DNA from: Eledone cirrhosa
Lineage: Eukaryota
Length of the DNA: 64,000 bases
Assembly (NCBI GenBank): GCA_964016885.1
Contig: OZ024740.1
Location: 93,682,001-93,746,000, forward strand
Direction: 5' to 3'
Shown here: in pieces, positions 28,303-43,729 of the stretch
How the letters are laid out: every line of letters starts with the position of its first letter
Position numbering within the stretch: position 1 is the stretch's first letter
Position numbers and translations under genes: made by a program
Notes under the pieces: generated by a model
Told to the model about the DNA's origin: nothing
Seen by the model: the letters and a program-made list of their open reading frames with translations, nothing else
The model's database searches: none

Positions 28303-29135
28303 TAATAAAATAATGAGTAAACAAAGAAACAGTTCCTTATATTAAAAAATTCATCATTTTACGATGGTTTCTAGGATATATATGTGTTAGAGTTGGTATG
28401 CATATTCTATAGATCTATGTACAATATTTATACAAACTATCAGAGGGAATATACATACCTACACTTATATATATGCTGTCTTCAGAAATAATGATATTTG
28501 TTTATTGAAAAAAACAAAGATTCAATACAATAGGTCTGTTTGGGAACAGGTTTTGAATTGACCAATATAGAGATAGTGAGGGTCACGATAGTAATATAGT
28601 AGTAGAAGAACCTTTAATTATGGGTAGGGGAAGGTAGATTTCAGTTTGGGATGGAAAAGAATATGATGAATGAAGGATTATTTTAGGGAAGAAATAGGTC
28701 TTATGCTGACCTCATAAATAATTTGATTTGTTCATTGAATAAAACCAACAAAGATCTAATATATTCTGTCTGTTTGGTAAGAGGTTTAGAATTAACCAAT
28801 AGAAAGTTAATAATTGGCCAAATGGTAAAATAGTAATAATTGAAGCTTATTGTAGGGGTGAAAATAGGTCAGATGGTCAATAAAAGGTATACAAGCAGTT
28901 GTTGTTATAAAATAGTAATGCCAGTACAAATATCTAAGGTGACTAAAGTTTTAAGATAAGAATGTTAGTGAAAAAAATACATATATGAAAAGAATATGAA
29001 TTAATTTAATTGATGCGTATATTTATATTGATAAAATTATACTAATACATATAGATATGATAAATAAGAGTTAGATGCAGTTGAAAAGTGCTGTTAAAGA
29101 TGAGGGGAAATTAAAAAAGGATATAAAAATAATAT

Positions 29136-29168
<33 letters not shown>

Positions 29169-29197
29169 CATATATATACACATACACACACATATAT

Positions 29198-29235
<38 letters not shown>

Positions 29236-29319
29236 GTATATAAATATATATATATATACATGTATATAGACATACACACACACATACACACATATATATA
29301 TATATATATACATACACAT

Positions 29320-29392
<73 letters not shown>

Positions 29393-29712
29393 GATATATA
29401 CATGCATACATACATACATACACATATATATAGACACATATATACACTTATATATACATATAATTATTGGGGGGGGATTACATTTATTAGTGAGAAATAG
29501 TAAATATATATAGTTTTCAAGGAACATAGAGTCATAACCTGAAGTTAAAGCATTATATATGTTTACTTAATGGTATCAGTTTTAGGAAATTATATTTGTA
29601 AGAAGGAAAGCAAAATTATGTAGTTCATCAGTAGTAGAATATTAATTATATGTATATATAAGTGTATATGTGTGTCTATATATATGTGTATGTATGTATG
29701 CATGTATATATC

Positions 29713-29791
<79 letters not shown>

Positions 29792-29883
29792 ATGTGTATG
29801 TATATATATATATATATATATGTGTGTATGTGTGTATGTGTGTGCGTATGTGTATATATATGTATATATATATATATATATAA

Positions 29884-29945
<62 letters not shown>

Positions 29946-29963
29946 ATGTGTATATATATGTAT

Positions 29964-29997
<34 letters not shown>

Positions 29998-30965
29998 ATT
30001 ATTTTTATATTCTTTTAATTTCCCCTCATCTTTAACAGCACTTTTCAACTGCCTCTAACTCTTATTTATCATATCTATATGTATTAGTATAATGTTATCA
30101 ATATAAATATACCCATCAATTAAATTAATTTATATTTTTTTCATAGATGTATTTTTTTCACTAACATTCTTATCTTAAGATTTTAGTCACCTTAGATATT
30201 TGTACTGGCATTACTATTTTAAAACAGCAACTGCTTGTATACCTTTTATTGACCATCTGACCTATTTTCACCCCTAAAATAAGCTTCAATTACTACTATT
30301 TTACCATTTGGCCAATTATTAACTTTCTATTGGTTAATTCTAAATCTCTTACCAAACAGACAGAATATATTAGATCTTTGTTGGTTTTATTCAATGAACA
30401 AATACAATTATTTATGAGGTCAGCATAAGACCTATTTCTTACCTAAAATAATCCTTCACTCATAATATTCTTTTCCATCCAAAACTGAAATCTACCTTCC
30501 TCTACCCATAATTTAAGGTTCTTCTACTACTATATTACTATCTTGACCCTCACTATCTCTCTATTGGTCAATTCAAAACCTGTTCCCAAACAGACCTATT
30601 GTATTGAATCTTTGTTTTTTTCAATAAACAAATATCATTATTTCTGAAGACAGCATATATATGTGTAGGTATGTATATTCCCTCTGATAGTTTGTATATA
30701 TATTGTACATAGATCTATAGAATATGTATACCAACTCTAACACATATATATCCTAGAAACGATAGTAAAATGATGAATTTTTTTAATATAAGGAACTGTT
30801 TCTTTGTTTATTTATTATTTTATTAATTTATCTTGACTCTGTATTCCGTTTATTTTTCAACGAAATAGTTTTTGAATGCATCTTCTCTTTTCATGATATC
30901 CGGATTACATTGAGTTCTTCATACGGATTGGACACTACCTTAAATTTTTGGTAGATTTTTCTACA

Positions 30966-30966
<1 letters not shown>
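28300..30966. repeat. Large inverted repeat with ~1.2-kb arms (28300-29465 / 29643-30830; right copy continues to ~30966), putative PLE 3' UTR/pseudo-LTR
   Basis: Arms are reverse complements including internal microsatellites; same family as 45460-46088; carries the giant-stem-II HHR. Confidence 0.9.
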
Positions 30967-31368
<402 letters not shown>

Positions 31369-31385
31369 AGGCTACACAACAGTTA

Positions 31386-31492
31386 GTTCACCGTACCGAG
31401 AACAATTGTTTCACCTTAGCGTATCCTCATCTCATAATGATTACGAGCTGAGGATCTGCTAAGGTTAAACAATTATTCTCAGTATGGTGAAC
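31386..31492. ncRNA. Inverted pair of minimal HHR units, each copy mutated
   Basis: Minus GAG-ATGAGGA-TACGCTAAGGT-GAAA-CAATTG-TT-CTC (31398-31433); plus GAG-CTGAGGA-TCTGCTAAGGT-TAAA-CAATTA-TT-CTC (31445-31480); consensus of the two is canonical. Confidence 0.7.
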
Positions 31493-31598
31493 CACTTCAA
31501 CCTAACTTGTCCCATGGACTGGGTGTTCTACTACTACGGATATTACATTCCAATGTTCTACCTCTATATATATATATATTTATATATATATATATATT

Positions 31599-31680
<82 letters not shown>

Positions 31681-31685
<5 letters not shown>

Positions 31686-34600
31686 ATAGAGGTGTTACAC
31701 ACAAGGACAGACAAAAACAGAAGCCAAACCTCAACAAGAAAGAATGGCAAGAATTAAATAGATTAAAAACCGACAGAACCAATTAAAGAGGCTGATAAAG
31801 GGAGTACAGTAGTCCTAATGGAGACATAATTCTATATCAACTTAGCGCTCTCCACCTTGGAAAACGAAACATACTACGAAAAGGGTGAACACTACAATCA
31901 ACAGAAAATTATGAGAAACCTAAAAACTCTGATCAACCAATACAAAGAAGGACTCACTAACAAGGAATTCAGCTTCATCAAAGACTTCACAAGTAAATCC
32001 AGCCTTTTCTACGGTATCCCTAAAGTACATAAAAGCGAATTAATAAGTAAGGCATGCAAGGAAGCCACATACATAGTCATCAATGTCCCCTCACCCAATG
32101 ATCTCATATTAAGACCTATAATAGCAGGCCCCGCTTGCGAAAGCCACCGTCTTAGCAACTTCATTGATACCATTCTCAAGCCTTTTCTCAAATACATCAA
32201 AAGCTATATAAGGGACGACCTAGATATGCTCAATCACCTCCCTAATATGCCATTTTCTGAACAAACCCTACTAGTGACGTTCGATGTAGTCAACTATACT
32301 CCAACATCCCCCACAACCTAGGAATAGAAACTATCCAATTCTGGCTGGATAATTACCACAATGAACTCTCACCACGCATCAAAAAATAATTCGTGATATA
32401 GGGACTCAAATTTATCTTGGAGAACAATTACTTCGTTTTCAATAACAAACCCTACAGGCAGAAATCTGGGACCGCTATGGTAACGAAAACAGCCCCCACT
32501 TATGCCAACCTAGTCATAGGATACCTGGAAATCACCCTCTACACTAAAGTCCTAAACAAATTTGGAAACACTCTCCACTTACACATAGAAAGGAACTGGA
32601 AGCGATAACTAGATGACTGCTTCATTCTTTGGCAAGAAAACATCGAGAAACTTAAAAAATGTCACACCCTTATAAATGGGCTCAACACGAATATTAACTT
32701 CACGTTGGAATACAGCCATCAACAACTCCCCTTCCTCGACATCCTCATTAAATCCATAACAAAACATAGAAACAGACATATACTACAAGCCCACAGACTC
32801 CAAGCAATATCTTCGTTTCAACTCTTGCCACCCTAGACACGTTAAAATTAATATTCCCTACAACTTAGCCAAGAGAATTTGTACTATAGTCTCCAATAAA
32901 AACACCTGCTATTTACGGCTACAAGAACTAAAGGACACACTCATTAGCAGGGACTACCCTGCATCACTAATTGACAATGGAATCCAACGTGCCCTAAAAC
33001 TCAGTACCCAGGACCTTAGACACCCTAAAGTAAATCGACCGAAACTAAAAGCTCTTCCATACATCTCCACACACAACCCCCTCAACAATGAGGCCTTTGC
33101 CACCATCCTCCAGAACATCCCTATGTTGAAAAAGGACCATAGAATGAACCAAATCCTACGAATACACGATATCATAAAGAGCAAAAGACAATCTAAGTCA
33201 ATGAAAAACATCCGAACACATGCCAAAGTACTACCAACCACAACAACGAAACCCACAGTAAAAAAATGCGATAGACCCAACTGTGGCATTTGCATCAACC
33301 TAATAGAGGGTTCGGAATTCTATTTCAAAGAAGGACAACGTTTTATAGTAAAACACAATTTCACATGCGCATCAGAAAATATAATATATGTATTAACTTG
33401 TTCAGGTTGTCGAGAACAATACATATGCCAGACTAAAAACAGCCTCCGCTAACGCATGACTGCCCATAGATCCCAAATTAAAATACCGGAATACAAGAAA
33501 ATACCACTGAGTGAACACATTGATACCTGTGCCGCCCAAAACCATCCCGACTTCAGAATCTTTCCCCTCTACATATTTAAAGATAATGCCACCCACACCC
33601 AGCGCATCAGCAAGGAATCTTACTTTATTAACAAATACAGGACCCCTTCTAAACACTTCTCCCTAAGAGGAACCCACAACATACACACGTCAACATACAT
33701 ACCTACATCAGCATACATCTCTACCCACGTATAAACACAATGACATACATAAACACACATGTTCTATGGTGCAACACAAATATACACAAATTTGCATACC
33801 ATTTGATGCCTATAGATATAAACGTGCGAACACACACACATACATAAACGCACACATGCAACACTGATGGGCACATACATATTTGGGCACAGGTATTCCA
33901 ATACGGCAAGGCCTAATGTATTCACCTTGAAGTACGTACAATCTGGACACACTCCAGATACATATTTGTGCACAGGTATTCCAGTACAGCAAGGCCTAAT
34001 GGATCCCCCTTGCAGTACGTACAATCTGAACACACTCACACACACCTTGGTATTATGCCAATACTATATATCATTTCACGCCTTTTATTATTAAGGTTTT
34101 TGATGTTCTATTGAGAGAATCGATTTTACTGATCATATCGAATAATGTACACCATTTTACCAGAAATAAATACTGGTCCAGCCACACACACACACACACA
34201 TTATCACACACACACACATATATATACACACACACACACGCGTACATTAACATACAAAGAGACATACACACACACACACACACTTCTCCGTATGAGACAA
34301 GAGCTGACAAATATATGTTAACATGTTAAAATATCCCCCACACACTTACAGACACATTCCTACTGACCATCCCTCTACCACAAATTACTCTGCTACACAC
34401 ACACACACACACACACACAAACATACACACTTGTCTTAATAGGCATTTGAACTGTCAACAGGCTGCGGTTCGCACACACATCCCTGCTGACCATTATCAC
34501 GACAACGAACCTCTTTACTACTACTACTACACACGCACACGAATATTTGTTGTGAAATACTTATTTCTCAGTCAGCCGACACAAACCTACATTTGGCGCA

Positions 34601-34938
34601 AAATCAATTTCTTACATTCACATGACCTCTACTGACCAATCAAAATTGTTATGACCACAATCATTTTTGCAACACGAATTGGCGCAAAACTTATTTTAAT
34701 ACCGCTGGAGCCACTTTTTTAACATAAAAATAGGTAGACTTCCCAAAAGTAATCAGATCAGAGCAAACATCACGGACGTTCTATCTCAAAATTATTTTTG
34801 AAAAGCATTAGAAATGCGCAACCAGTAAAACTTAATACCAAAACTGAATACTAACCAATACGATTACTATTTCTCACCTATTCCTAATTAAACTATTTTC
34901 CACTGTGAACAATTTGTCAGCATTTTCTATTCCGTTTA

Positions 34939-34942
<4 letters not shown>
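31681..34942 (+). mobile_element. Neptune-type Penelope-like element, 5'-truncated: RT, Zn linker, GIY-YIG and long 3' UTR/pseudo-LTR (pseudogenised)
   Basis: ADKG, FYGIPKVHK, LRPIIAG, VTFDVV, YRQKSGTAM..APTYANL, WKR..DDCF, LPFLD, YYKPTD; CDRPNCGIC...FTCASENIIYVLTCSGCREQYICQT...R..AH..LSEH; ORF ends ~33665; both ends abut (TA)n. Confidence 0.92.
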
Positions 34943-35020
<78 letters not shown>

Positions 35021-35354
35021 CAACAGATTGAAGGTTAAACAAAGAATCGCTGCTTTCATCCTTAACGTATATATATATATATCACATAAGAAATGGAGAA
35101 TCAGTGGTGCGACGAATTAAAATGTATTAGGCATATTACAATCCTATCTCTGGCGACCAGCTCGAAGCACTGTCGATGCCATGATCGTACCTGACTCTGA
35201 AATCGCAAGATCCTCAGATAACTATTGATTCTTCAAAGCAGTGTTTCCAGATTCGTCGCACCAGTGATTCTCCCTTTCTTATGCGATGTTACACTCTGCT
35301 CAGTAAGAGCATCCAGTGCTCCAACGGCCAACCCTTTAAGCATCCCACACCAAT

Positions 35355-35427
<73 letters not shown>

Positions 35428-35719
35428 GTATATATGTATTATATATATATATTAGAAAAGGGACGTAAGGTTCTATGCAAAACAGTCGATATAGAAAATG
35501 ATCATGTTGGAATTTTGAAGAATACATTTTCTTAATTTTCCAACACAAAGGGATCTGTGACAGACAAGATGAAAAATAACACACTCAAACACGCACCCTC
35601 CCCCTCCTCCTGACACGCACACGTGTGCACTGATAAAGGGACTGTGGCAGACATACTGAAAACACACACACACACACACATGTATGTATTGTTATATATA
35701 CACCCTCACACACACACAC

Positions 35720-35774
<55 letters not shown>

Positions 35775-37221
35775 GAACAGTTATAGATAGATAAATAGAT
35801 ACATAGATTGACAGAATTGGGTTTCTATAGCATCTTTAAATAAGTACGTGCGTGAAATGGATAACTTGGAGCTATAAATCTTCTGTATTTTGTCTTTTAG
35901 ACTATTGTTAAAGAATGGTTAATTTGTTGTTGACCCAAATAACATAACAGTTTCAATAACATAACTTTAAATCAATGTCAATTTTATCTTGTACTAATAT
36001 TCCCCATTCTTTAGTAGAATGCACCTTTAAGAATAGCAAAATTAATTGATATTCTATTATTATCTTTTCTACATACTCCAATATTTTTCTGATATTCTGT
36101 TTTGAAAATGTTGATATTGTCATATTTTGGATTACATCTTTTTACAGTTGAATACATTTTGTAATAGAGACCACTCATCCATGAAATGAGATCTTAATGG
36201 TGTCTATTTCTACACCGATTGAAAATAAAACGAGTAACGTGTGTCCGGTACCAGAATAGTACATAGTATATACATTCGGGTTGAATTCATCATTTCTTAA
36301 TCACGTGTTTCAGCAGTTAAATTTAGAGCTAATACGTGTCTTTGAAGATAAATATCGAAAAAGAGGAAATTTGCTCTTTCATATTTTGAAGCAATTACGT
36401 CCCTTCCTTCATCTATTTCATGCACAAGAACATTGAGTAGATAAGTTTATTTATTTCAATAATATCTCCCTTACAAGGTATTCTAAATCCATTTCTAATT
36501 CTTGATACTGAGCGTTTTCACACGATTATCTTCTCAACGTTTCTCCCAATAAACCCATTTAACTACAGAAGAACAGTAGCCTTATCAAAAAATAGTTGCT
36601 GATAACTTTGACACAAATGCATCATTGTTGCACTTGAAGTAATTATATCAGGCGTATGGCATGGTTCTATTATTCCGGTAAATATTTATTAGTAGAGTAA
36701 AATATGGATTAAACGTATGCTGGGATGGGTCGAAACGTGATCTAAATCAACCATTGCCCGATCCATTCTGCTTTGGATATGATTCTACTTCATAAAATAT
36801 TAACGTTACTAGCAGAAAAACCACGATTAGGGTGGTTTTCTGCTGGCATGTGTAGTGTGTATATTGATATCATACGCAGGTATATATACATCTAGATATG
36901 ATACATCAAATAAAATCGTAATTGACAATATATAATACAGAGAAATTGAACGAATACTGCGTTACACTGTCTTATTTAATCAGTAACGTAATCCATGATA
37001 CATTAAAAAAGACGATATTATATAAAAACTGCATTCGGAGAAAATTAGTGACAGAACATTAGTATGTTTTTTTAAGCGATGACCAACGGAAGTGTTGACA
37101 TTTCAGAAATGTTAAAGAAGTGAATCTTTAAGTAAACAAAATATATTTAATCAACAGCCACGGAATTTAGTAGATACATTATGCAATATTTATTCATTAT
37201 TTATTCAAAGTAATAAATAAA

Positions 37222-37335
37222 GTTCAAATACCTCCGAGGTTAACTTTGCCTTTCATCCTTACGGAGTCGATAAATAAAGTACCAGTAATGTACTGGGTAA
37301 TTGCTGGCCTTGTGTCTACAGTAGAAACAATTATT
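37222..37335 (+). mobile_element. 5'-truncated tRNA-derived Meta-SINE-type element
   Basis: B-box GTTCAAATACC followed by GAGGTTAACTTTGCCTTTCATCCTTACGGAGTCGATAAATAAAGTACCAG (Meta domain-like, recalled from octopus SINE consensus) and an ATT-type tail. Confidence 0.75.
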
Positions 37336-37946
37336 TATTCAAATTAATCCAACTTATTTTACTAATGAGATAAACAAAAATTATAAACCGTACGCAGTCC
37401 CACACTCCTTATTTTATTATTGTTTAGATTTGTGGTGTGTGATAACCTAACGCGTATTCGAAGAGAGTGACTCAGAATATGATCATTAGGCCCTAAATAC
37501 TAAACGACATCCTCCACCGCGTTCCTATCTCTCAACATAGATTAACTTCTGACATCATATATCTTCCAGAGGTACATGCTTTGAGATATACAGATTCAGA
37601 ATTACAATGTTTTCGATTATACTCCTAAGACGTAAATATTCCAGGATGCTTATTGTGTCTCATTAGTTTATAAGAGATGTGTTTACCATAAACAAGGATG
37701 ATTTTTGTTTTTAAATTTCGACTTTTTAAATATGTTTTACTGATAAATATGTATGCAGTAATATCATATTACAACAAGTAGATCGTTTTAAGTATTATAT
37801 ATTAGTGTTAAACTATATATAATCTAGCGAAGCCTAGAAATCGGGTAACGCATAATAAAACCGAATTTACTTCACTTATAATAAAGAAAGACACTGAATA
37901 CGTATTATAAATAATTGCATCATCGTATATTGTATATAACTATATA

Positions 37947-38318
37947 TAGGGTGAGTCAAAATTATGTTAATACTACTGTTGTGCTTTTCCCGATCAAACA
38001 TTTCCTAATCGTTGGATAGGTCGCGGTGGACCATTGGCATGGCCTGCAAACTCCCCTGATCTGACACCCTGTGACTACTGGTTATGGGGCATGGTAAAGG
38101 AGCGCTTGTATAGCAAACAAGTTATAGACATTGAGGAACAGAATACAAGGTCTCATATCAAGTATTCCCCGCGAAATGTGATTCAAGGCACTAAATTGTA
38201 CTATTGATCGCTGTTTTCTGTGTATTGATCATGCTGGTGCCCGGGCTGAGACTGTTCAGTAAATTCTGAATAAATGATTTCTCCAATACTAGTGTTAACA
38301 TAAGTTTTACTCACCCTG
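37947..38318 (+). mobile_element. Internally deleted Tc1/mariner (rosa/maT-like) element
   Basis: ~29-bp TIRs (T/C)AGGGTGAGT.AAA.TTATGTTAA.ACTA with TA TSD; residual coding FPNRWIGRGGPLAWPANSPDLTPCDYWLWGMVKERLY. Confidence 0.9.
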
Positions 38319-40673
38319 TATATATTATGCATATAACAATAATCCAGCAGGGCCTCAGCCGGATCGCTGGAACAGGTAAAAGAGTAAAAGAGTATATGCA
38401 TACAAATATTAATTTTTTTAATAGAATGGAACGTAGTAGGTCGACAGAGAATTTGGCCACTGAGATTTGGAAAAGAAATATATATATTTTTAATAGTGAG
38501 AGGTATGTGTATATGAGTGTCGATTGTGATTACCCTTTGAAATGTAAATAAATATGATTTCGAAACACAAGCTATACTGCTTAAGAAGCTAAAAGCAGAC
38601 AGAAAAAACTTACTTATATACATACAGGATTAGAAGAAAATGTAAAGTAAAGGAAATATTATATTGATACATGAAGGCGGTATATTAAATTGGTATTTAA
38701 ATTTGTCTAATTACTTCCACTCACACCACCGACACGATTCAGGGTTCACGTACATGAGCGCTTGTATCTCTTGCGCGCGCGTTTTTGATCGAGTGTCCAT
38801 CATTGCTGAGTCTGTGTTGAAAGTTTCCTAACATTTACACCGTCCCTGCCATTTGCCGGCTCTATCCATCTCCATGCATGTAGTGATTTCACAACTTGTA
38901 GCTTAGCCGATTTTGTTTGTACTACCATATCGTCGAATCAGAAGCTAAGCCTTTTCTCTTAAGATTACACCATGTAACAAAATATTAATCAGTGTACATA
39001 ACGCTGTCTATTCATTTCTACACAATACGAAGCGGCTACTCATATGTGTGTGAGTATGGATGTATATGTAAATGTTTATATATACATACTTGTAGATATC
39101 CTTACGTTGGACATTTCACGCGCTCACACTCCCTCACAAGTCCACACTATCATAGCAGCAAGTCTGCCACGGACTCCCACCCATTCTTCAAGCATACGGA
39201 CACACATACAGGCATGCCCACAGTAAATCTATTTTATGCACAATGTACCCCATGAGTAGACAACCTCCAAAATAGTGTCTAAATAGTTAAATGCTTTTTC
39301 TGGCTATTTCAAGCGTTAAATATATATATATTTCTTCAATATATTGTGTCATTTGCTTTGTTAATTCTGTTTACCTTTTACACGCACACACACTTATACA
39401 CACACACACACACCACACACACACACACCCACACACACACACACACACACACATGTATATATATATATATATATATATATACGTTCAAGTGCGTGCGCGC
39501 ACGTGTGTGTGTGTGTATGTGTGTGTGTGTGTGTTTACGAATAAATTAATAACGATATTATTTAATCAAATAATACAATTTCAGCCACGGATGAGTATAT
39601 AGACAAAATCGCAAACATATACGTGCATTGTTGCGTTAAGTGAATCTGTCTCTGCTTGTGATGTAAATGTGTATGTGCGCAATTGAGTGTACTCGTATTT
39701 GTGTACATATGTTTGTTTATCGATGGGCGTGACTATATATGAGCACGTTACACACATAATCAGTAAATTTAGACATGTTTATGAAATGTGGTAGTAAAAG
39801 GACATTTTGAAAACATTACATATATTTATAAACAATACGTATTCCTGTGAGAAGACACCTGTGAATGCTATTGCATCGTTGATTAAACCCTAATTAAAAG
39901 TAAACTATCTGTCTCTACGATACACTTTATAATTAGTTTAATTATATCATCTCAATATTTTACGTTCCTGAAACCAATAAATATTAATCTCATGAATTAC
40001 GTTGGAAAACAATATATTATTTCGTACATTTAATTAATTATATTACAAATATTTTAATATTCATGTAACATTATTTACATAAGGATCCAAGTTATCACCA
40101 ACAGATGTTGTCTATTAGGTGTTTTACAATTTGTATATTATTATGAACTACATGAGGCATATTGATAACATTATCATTAGAAATTGCTGCAGCTCATGAT
40201 TTATCATAGATGTGAAGAAAAACTTCACGGGGGTGGCACACTTGATAAAATATGTGATGCTTTACGTTATCGATCCGAAAATGATTAAGGATATATTTTT
40301 CATTCGTTGATTCGTTTCATTAATGATGCTTCAATAGAAGTGTAAATCGTTACTCTTACATATAAATGTTGTATCTATGGAAAAGTAAATTTTGAGGGAG
40401 ATTTTGCTTGTAGAATATTGTTTGTCAACAATATACATATACGCACAAACACAGCAATGCACTAGTATAAATATTAAAATAAACTATAATTAGCCTGGTG
40501 TTGGTAAAGTCGACAACATTATTTAAAACAATGCACTGGTCTCCACGACTGGAACTACTAAAAAATTATAATAGATTTGATACCATCATAGAATTTCGTA
40601 ACGAATATATCTCATAGACACTGGCGTATGTACTGCTAAATAGGGCTATACGTATTTTAAGGAAATTCCCTAA

Positions 40674-40729
<56 letters not shown>

Positions 40730-41660
40730 TCGTTTTATTAAAGTTAGATAGCGAGTCTTCTGACACTAGAGTTTTTTCAGTTTATCCAGGGTAAGCAGGT
40801 GAAACCCCAGGGTAAATCTCACCTTAATGAAATGAATATGAAAATGCTAAGTTCGGTAATGAGTACACTTTTTTTATAGTCTTTTCAAACACTAACCTCA
40901 TACCATAATTCTTTCTTTGATTAATTCTTTATATGTTTTTCAAACAGAAACCTCACCCATTTTCATTATTTCATTAATTCTTTATAGCGCAACTCCCATT
41001 TAACGACGTCTAAACAGCTTACAAATAAGCCCCACCCCAAACTAGCATAACCTACCTCCCTTATGCCCCCCCTCAATCCTTTCCACTGATTCTTCCGTGA
41101 CAAACTGATGACCAGTATAAACTCCCCTACCCCTAGTACAACACCGAACCCTTTCATGTTTCATCACACACACACACACTCGCATTCACAGCACACACAG
41201 CACCTCCGTTTCACCACGTACACGCCAATATATCTATGACAAGCCAAAACACCTTACACCGCAACTGACAGCAGTCCATCACTCACCACTATCACCTAGT
41301 ACTATGTTATCACACATGCCAAAATATTCCGCATAGCTAAACCACCATTCAAAACAACATAAATTGACCCCATATAAACGCGAAATGTTACAGGCATTTC
41401 TATGCTGTATATTTTCATTATCACATTACAGCAACAGAGGTCCGATGAGCTTTGGTTTTCAGAGTTGGGCCAGATCGATACAGATTGAACCTTGAGCTGA
41501 TCAATAGCACCAATGATTAAAAGTGATGAAGGCTTAACACATCGTCCTTGTATTATTATATTTACACTCTGTTTAACTCTACACCTCTCTACTGACATGA
41601 ACCTAAACATCAAGCGCTCACCTAGGTGAACCTAGAGTAACTTGACGTTACACTCCCTGG

Positions 41661-41805
<145 letters not shown>

Positions 41806-42872
41806 GAGAAAGAGAGAGAGAGACAGCAACATAGAGAGGGGGATGAGACAGTTACTTCCACATTAGTAGCAAACCATACCCATGACTCATCTTTGGACTG
41901 AGTGCACTTCATATATATATATTTATAGCACTGCATATATTTATTAATTTATGTGTGTGTTCGTATGTGCATATGTCCCTATTTCTAATGATGTGCTCCT
42001 TTTAAGTTGTTTTATAATGCTCTCTATTAATTGAACTGCTGCTGTTAATTTTCACTTCATAGCATTCTTTATATCTGACATGAAGAAAATGGTGTGCTTA
42101 TAGTCAAAATGGCTTCATAGAAACTTGTAGGATATTAACATAGGTGAGTATACTCATATCATATACCTAACAGTATCTAATCAATTTACTTGTATAAAAC
42201 TGGTGAAAATACAAACAATATCGTTTTCTTTTTTTCATTGTATATTTCCTACCATTGTGTTTTTAGAAAACGTCATCGTTCTATTGCATTTATGTACATA
42301 CAAGTGGCTCCATATCCACTTTTAATAATTCAACTAATAACTTTGGTGGAATTGTTCAAACATAGCCCATCTCTTAGGTTTCTTTTCCTTTCACGATGTA
42401 AATAATAATTTCCTTTTGAAGTAAAACATTTCTTACAATGATAAAATCCAATACTGCTAGTGTAGGAAATAATATATAATTTGAAATATAATTCATTTTG
42501 ACATCAATGAGAAAATATAAAATATATTTCTTAAATCACGTCCTGAAAAATGATAAGAAGAGGAAATCATTGAAATAAACAATTAAACATCATGTGTTAT
42601 TTGTTAATATTTGTCAAAATATGTAAGTAAACAATTTTCTATGAAATATACACAATTATGTAATACTTAACTGCAAAACAAATGTGAATCGATATAAAAC
42701 AAATTTAAAATAGAATATGGTGCTTTATGCTATTTCTTCCGTTGTATAATTTCATTTTTGCAGACAATAACTATAACATAAAAGAATAGTTTTTCAAGTA
42801 ATTCGAAACTATTTCAACTTTCTTCTTTCACTCACCACTCTCATCCCTTTTCTGTATATATATATATATATA

Positions 42873-43533
42873 TGAATGTTTATATAGTGTATTTTGCGAT
42901 ACACGGTATGCTTAATTAAAAGCATTTTGGAGACCATACGGTATTGTTTTAAAATAGTGAAAATGTCACTTATTAAAATCTTCAGCAAACAGTGGGGATA
43001 AACTGACAGAGCTCTGTTCGCGTACTTTTTGGTACTTATCAAAGTTCACCACTCATCCTGTTTGCTGACAATTATGTGTGTTGGATTCTGATAGAATTCC
43101 AGTAATAAACAGGAACTGATTATACAAAGCGGTCGCCGCTCCAGCAGAAATTGAAAATTAAAATTGATGCTCTGAAATAACGATATATATATGAATGTAT
43201 ATATAGTGTATTATGCAATACACTGTATGCTTAATTAAACACATTTGAAGACCATCCGCTATTGTTTAACAATAGTCACAATGTCACTTATTTAAATCTT
43301 CATCAAACGGGAGATAAACTCACAGAGCTCTGGATCTGCGACCGCTCCGTATGATCAGTTCCTGATTATTACTGGAATTCTATAAGAATCAAACACACAT
43401 ACTTTTCAGCAAACATGAGGTGTAGTAAACTTTGATAAGTACCTAAAAGTACGAAAGAGACCTCTGTCAGTTTATCTCCCCTGTTTGCTGAACATTTAAA
43501 TAAGTGACATTGTCACTATTTTAAAACAATAGC

Positions 43534-43535
<2 letters not shown>
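42873..43535. repeat. Tandem plus inverted array of a ~270-bp unit (42873-43145 and 43192-43330 in one orientation; 43330-43535 inverted)
   Basis: Direct comparison; CTGAAGA followed by the TAAGTGAC/GTCACTA hairpin on the outward-facing strand. Confidence 0.8.
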
Positions 43536-43572
<37 letters not shown>

Positions 43573-43597
43573 AATTTATATATAAATGTATACACAT

Positions 43598-43645
<48 letters not shown>

Positions 43646-43665
43646 TGATATATATATATATGTAT

Positions 43666-43728
<63 letters not shown>

Positions 43729-43729
<1 letters not shown>

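Noticed and set aside
38715-38945. CpG-containing unique stretch as a possible enhancer or promoter
   Set aside because: No associated gene or specific motif; cannot be supported from sequence alone
40760-40820. GAAA-CCC ca GGG-TA hammerhead 3' half
   Set aside because: No matching upstream CUGANGA core or stem I
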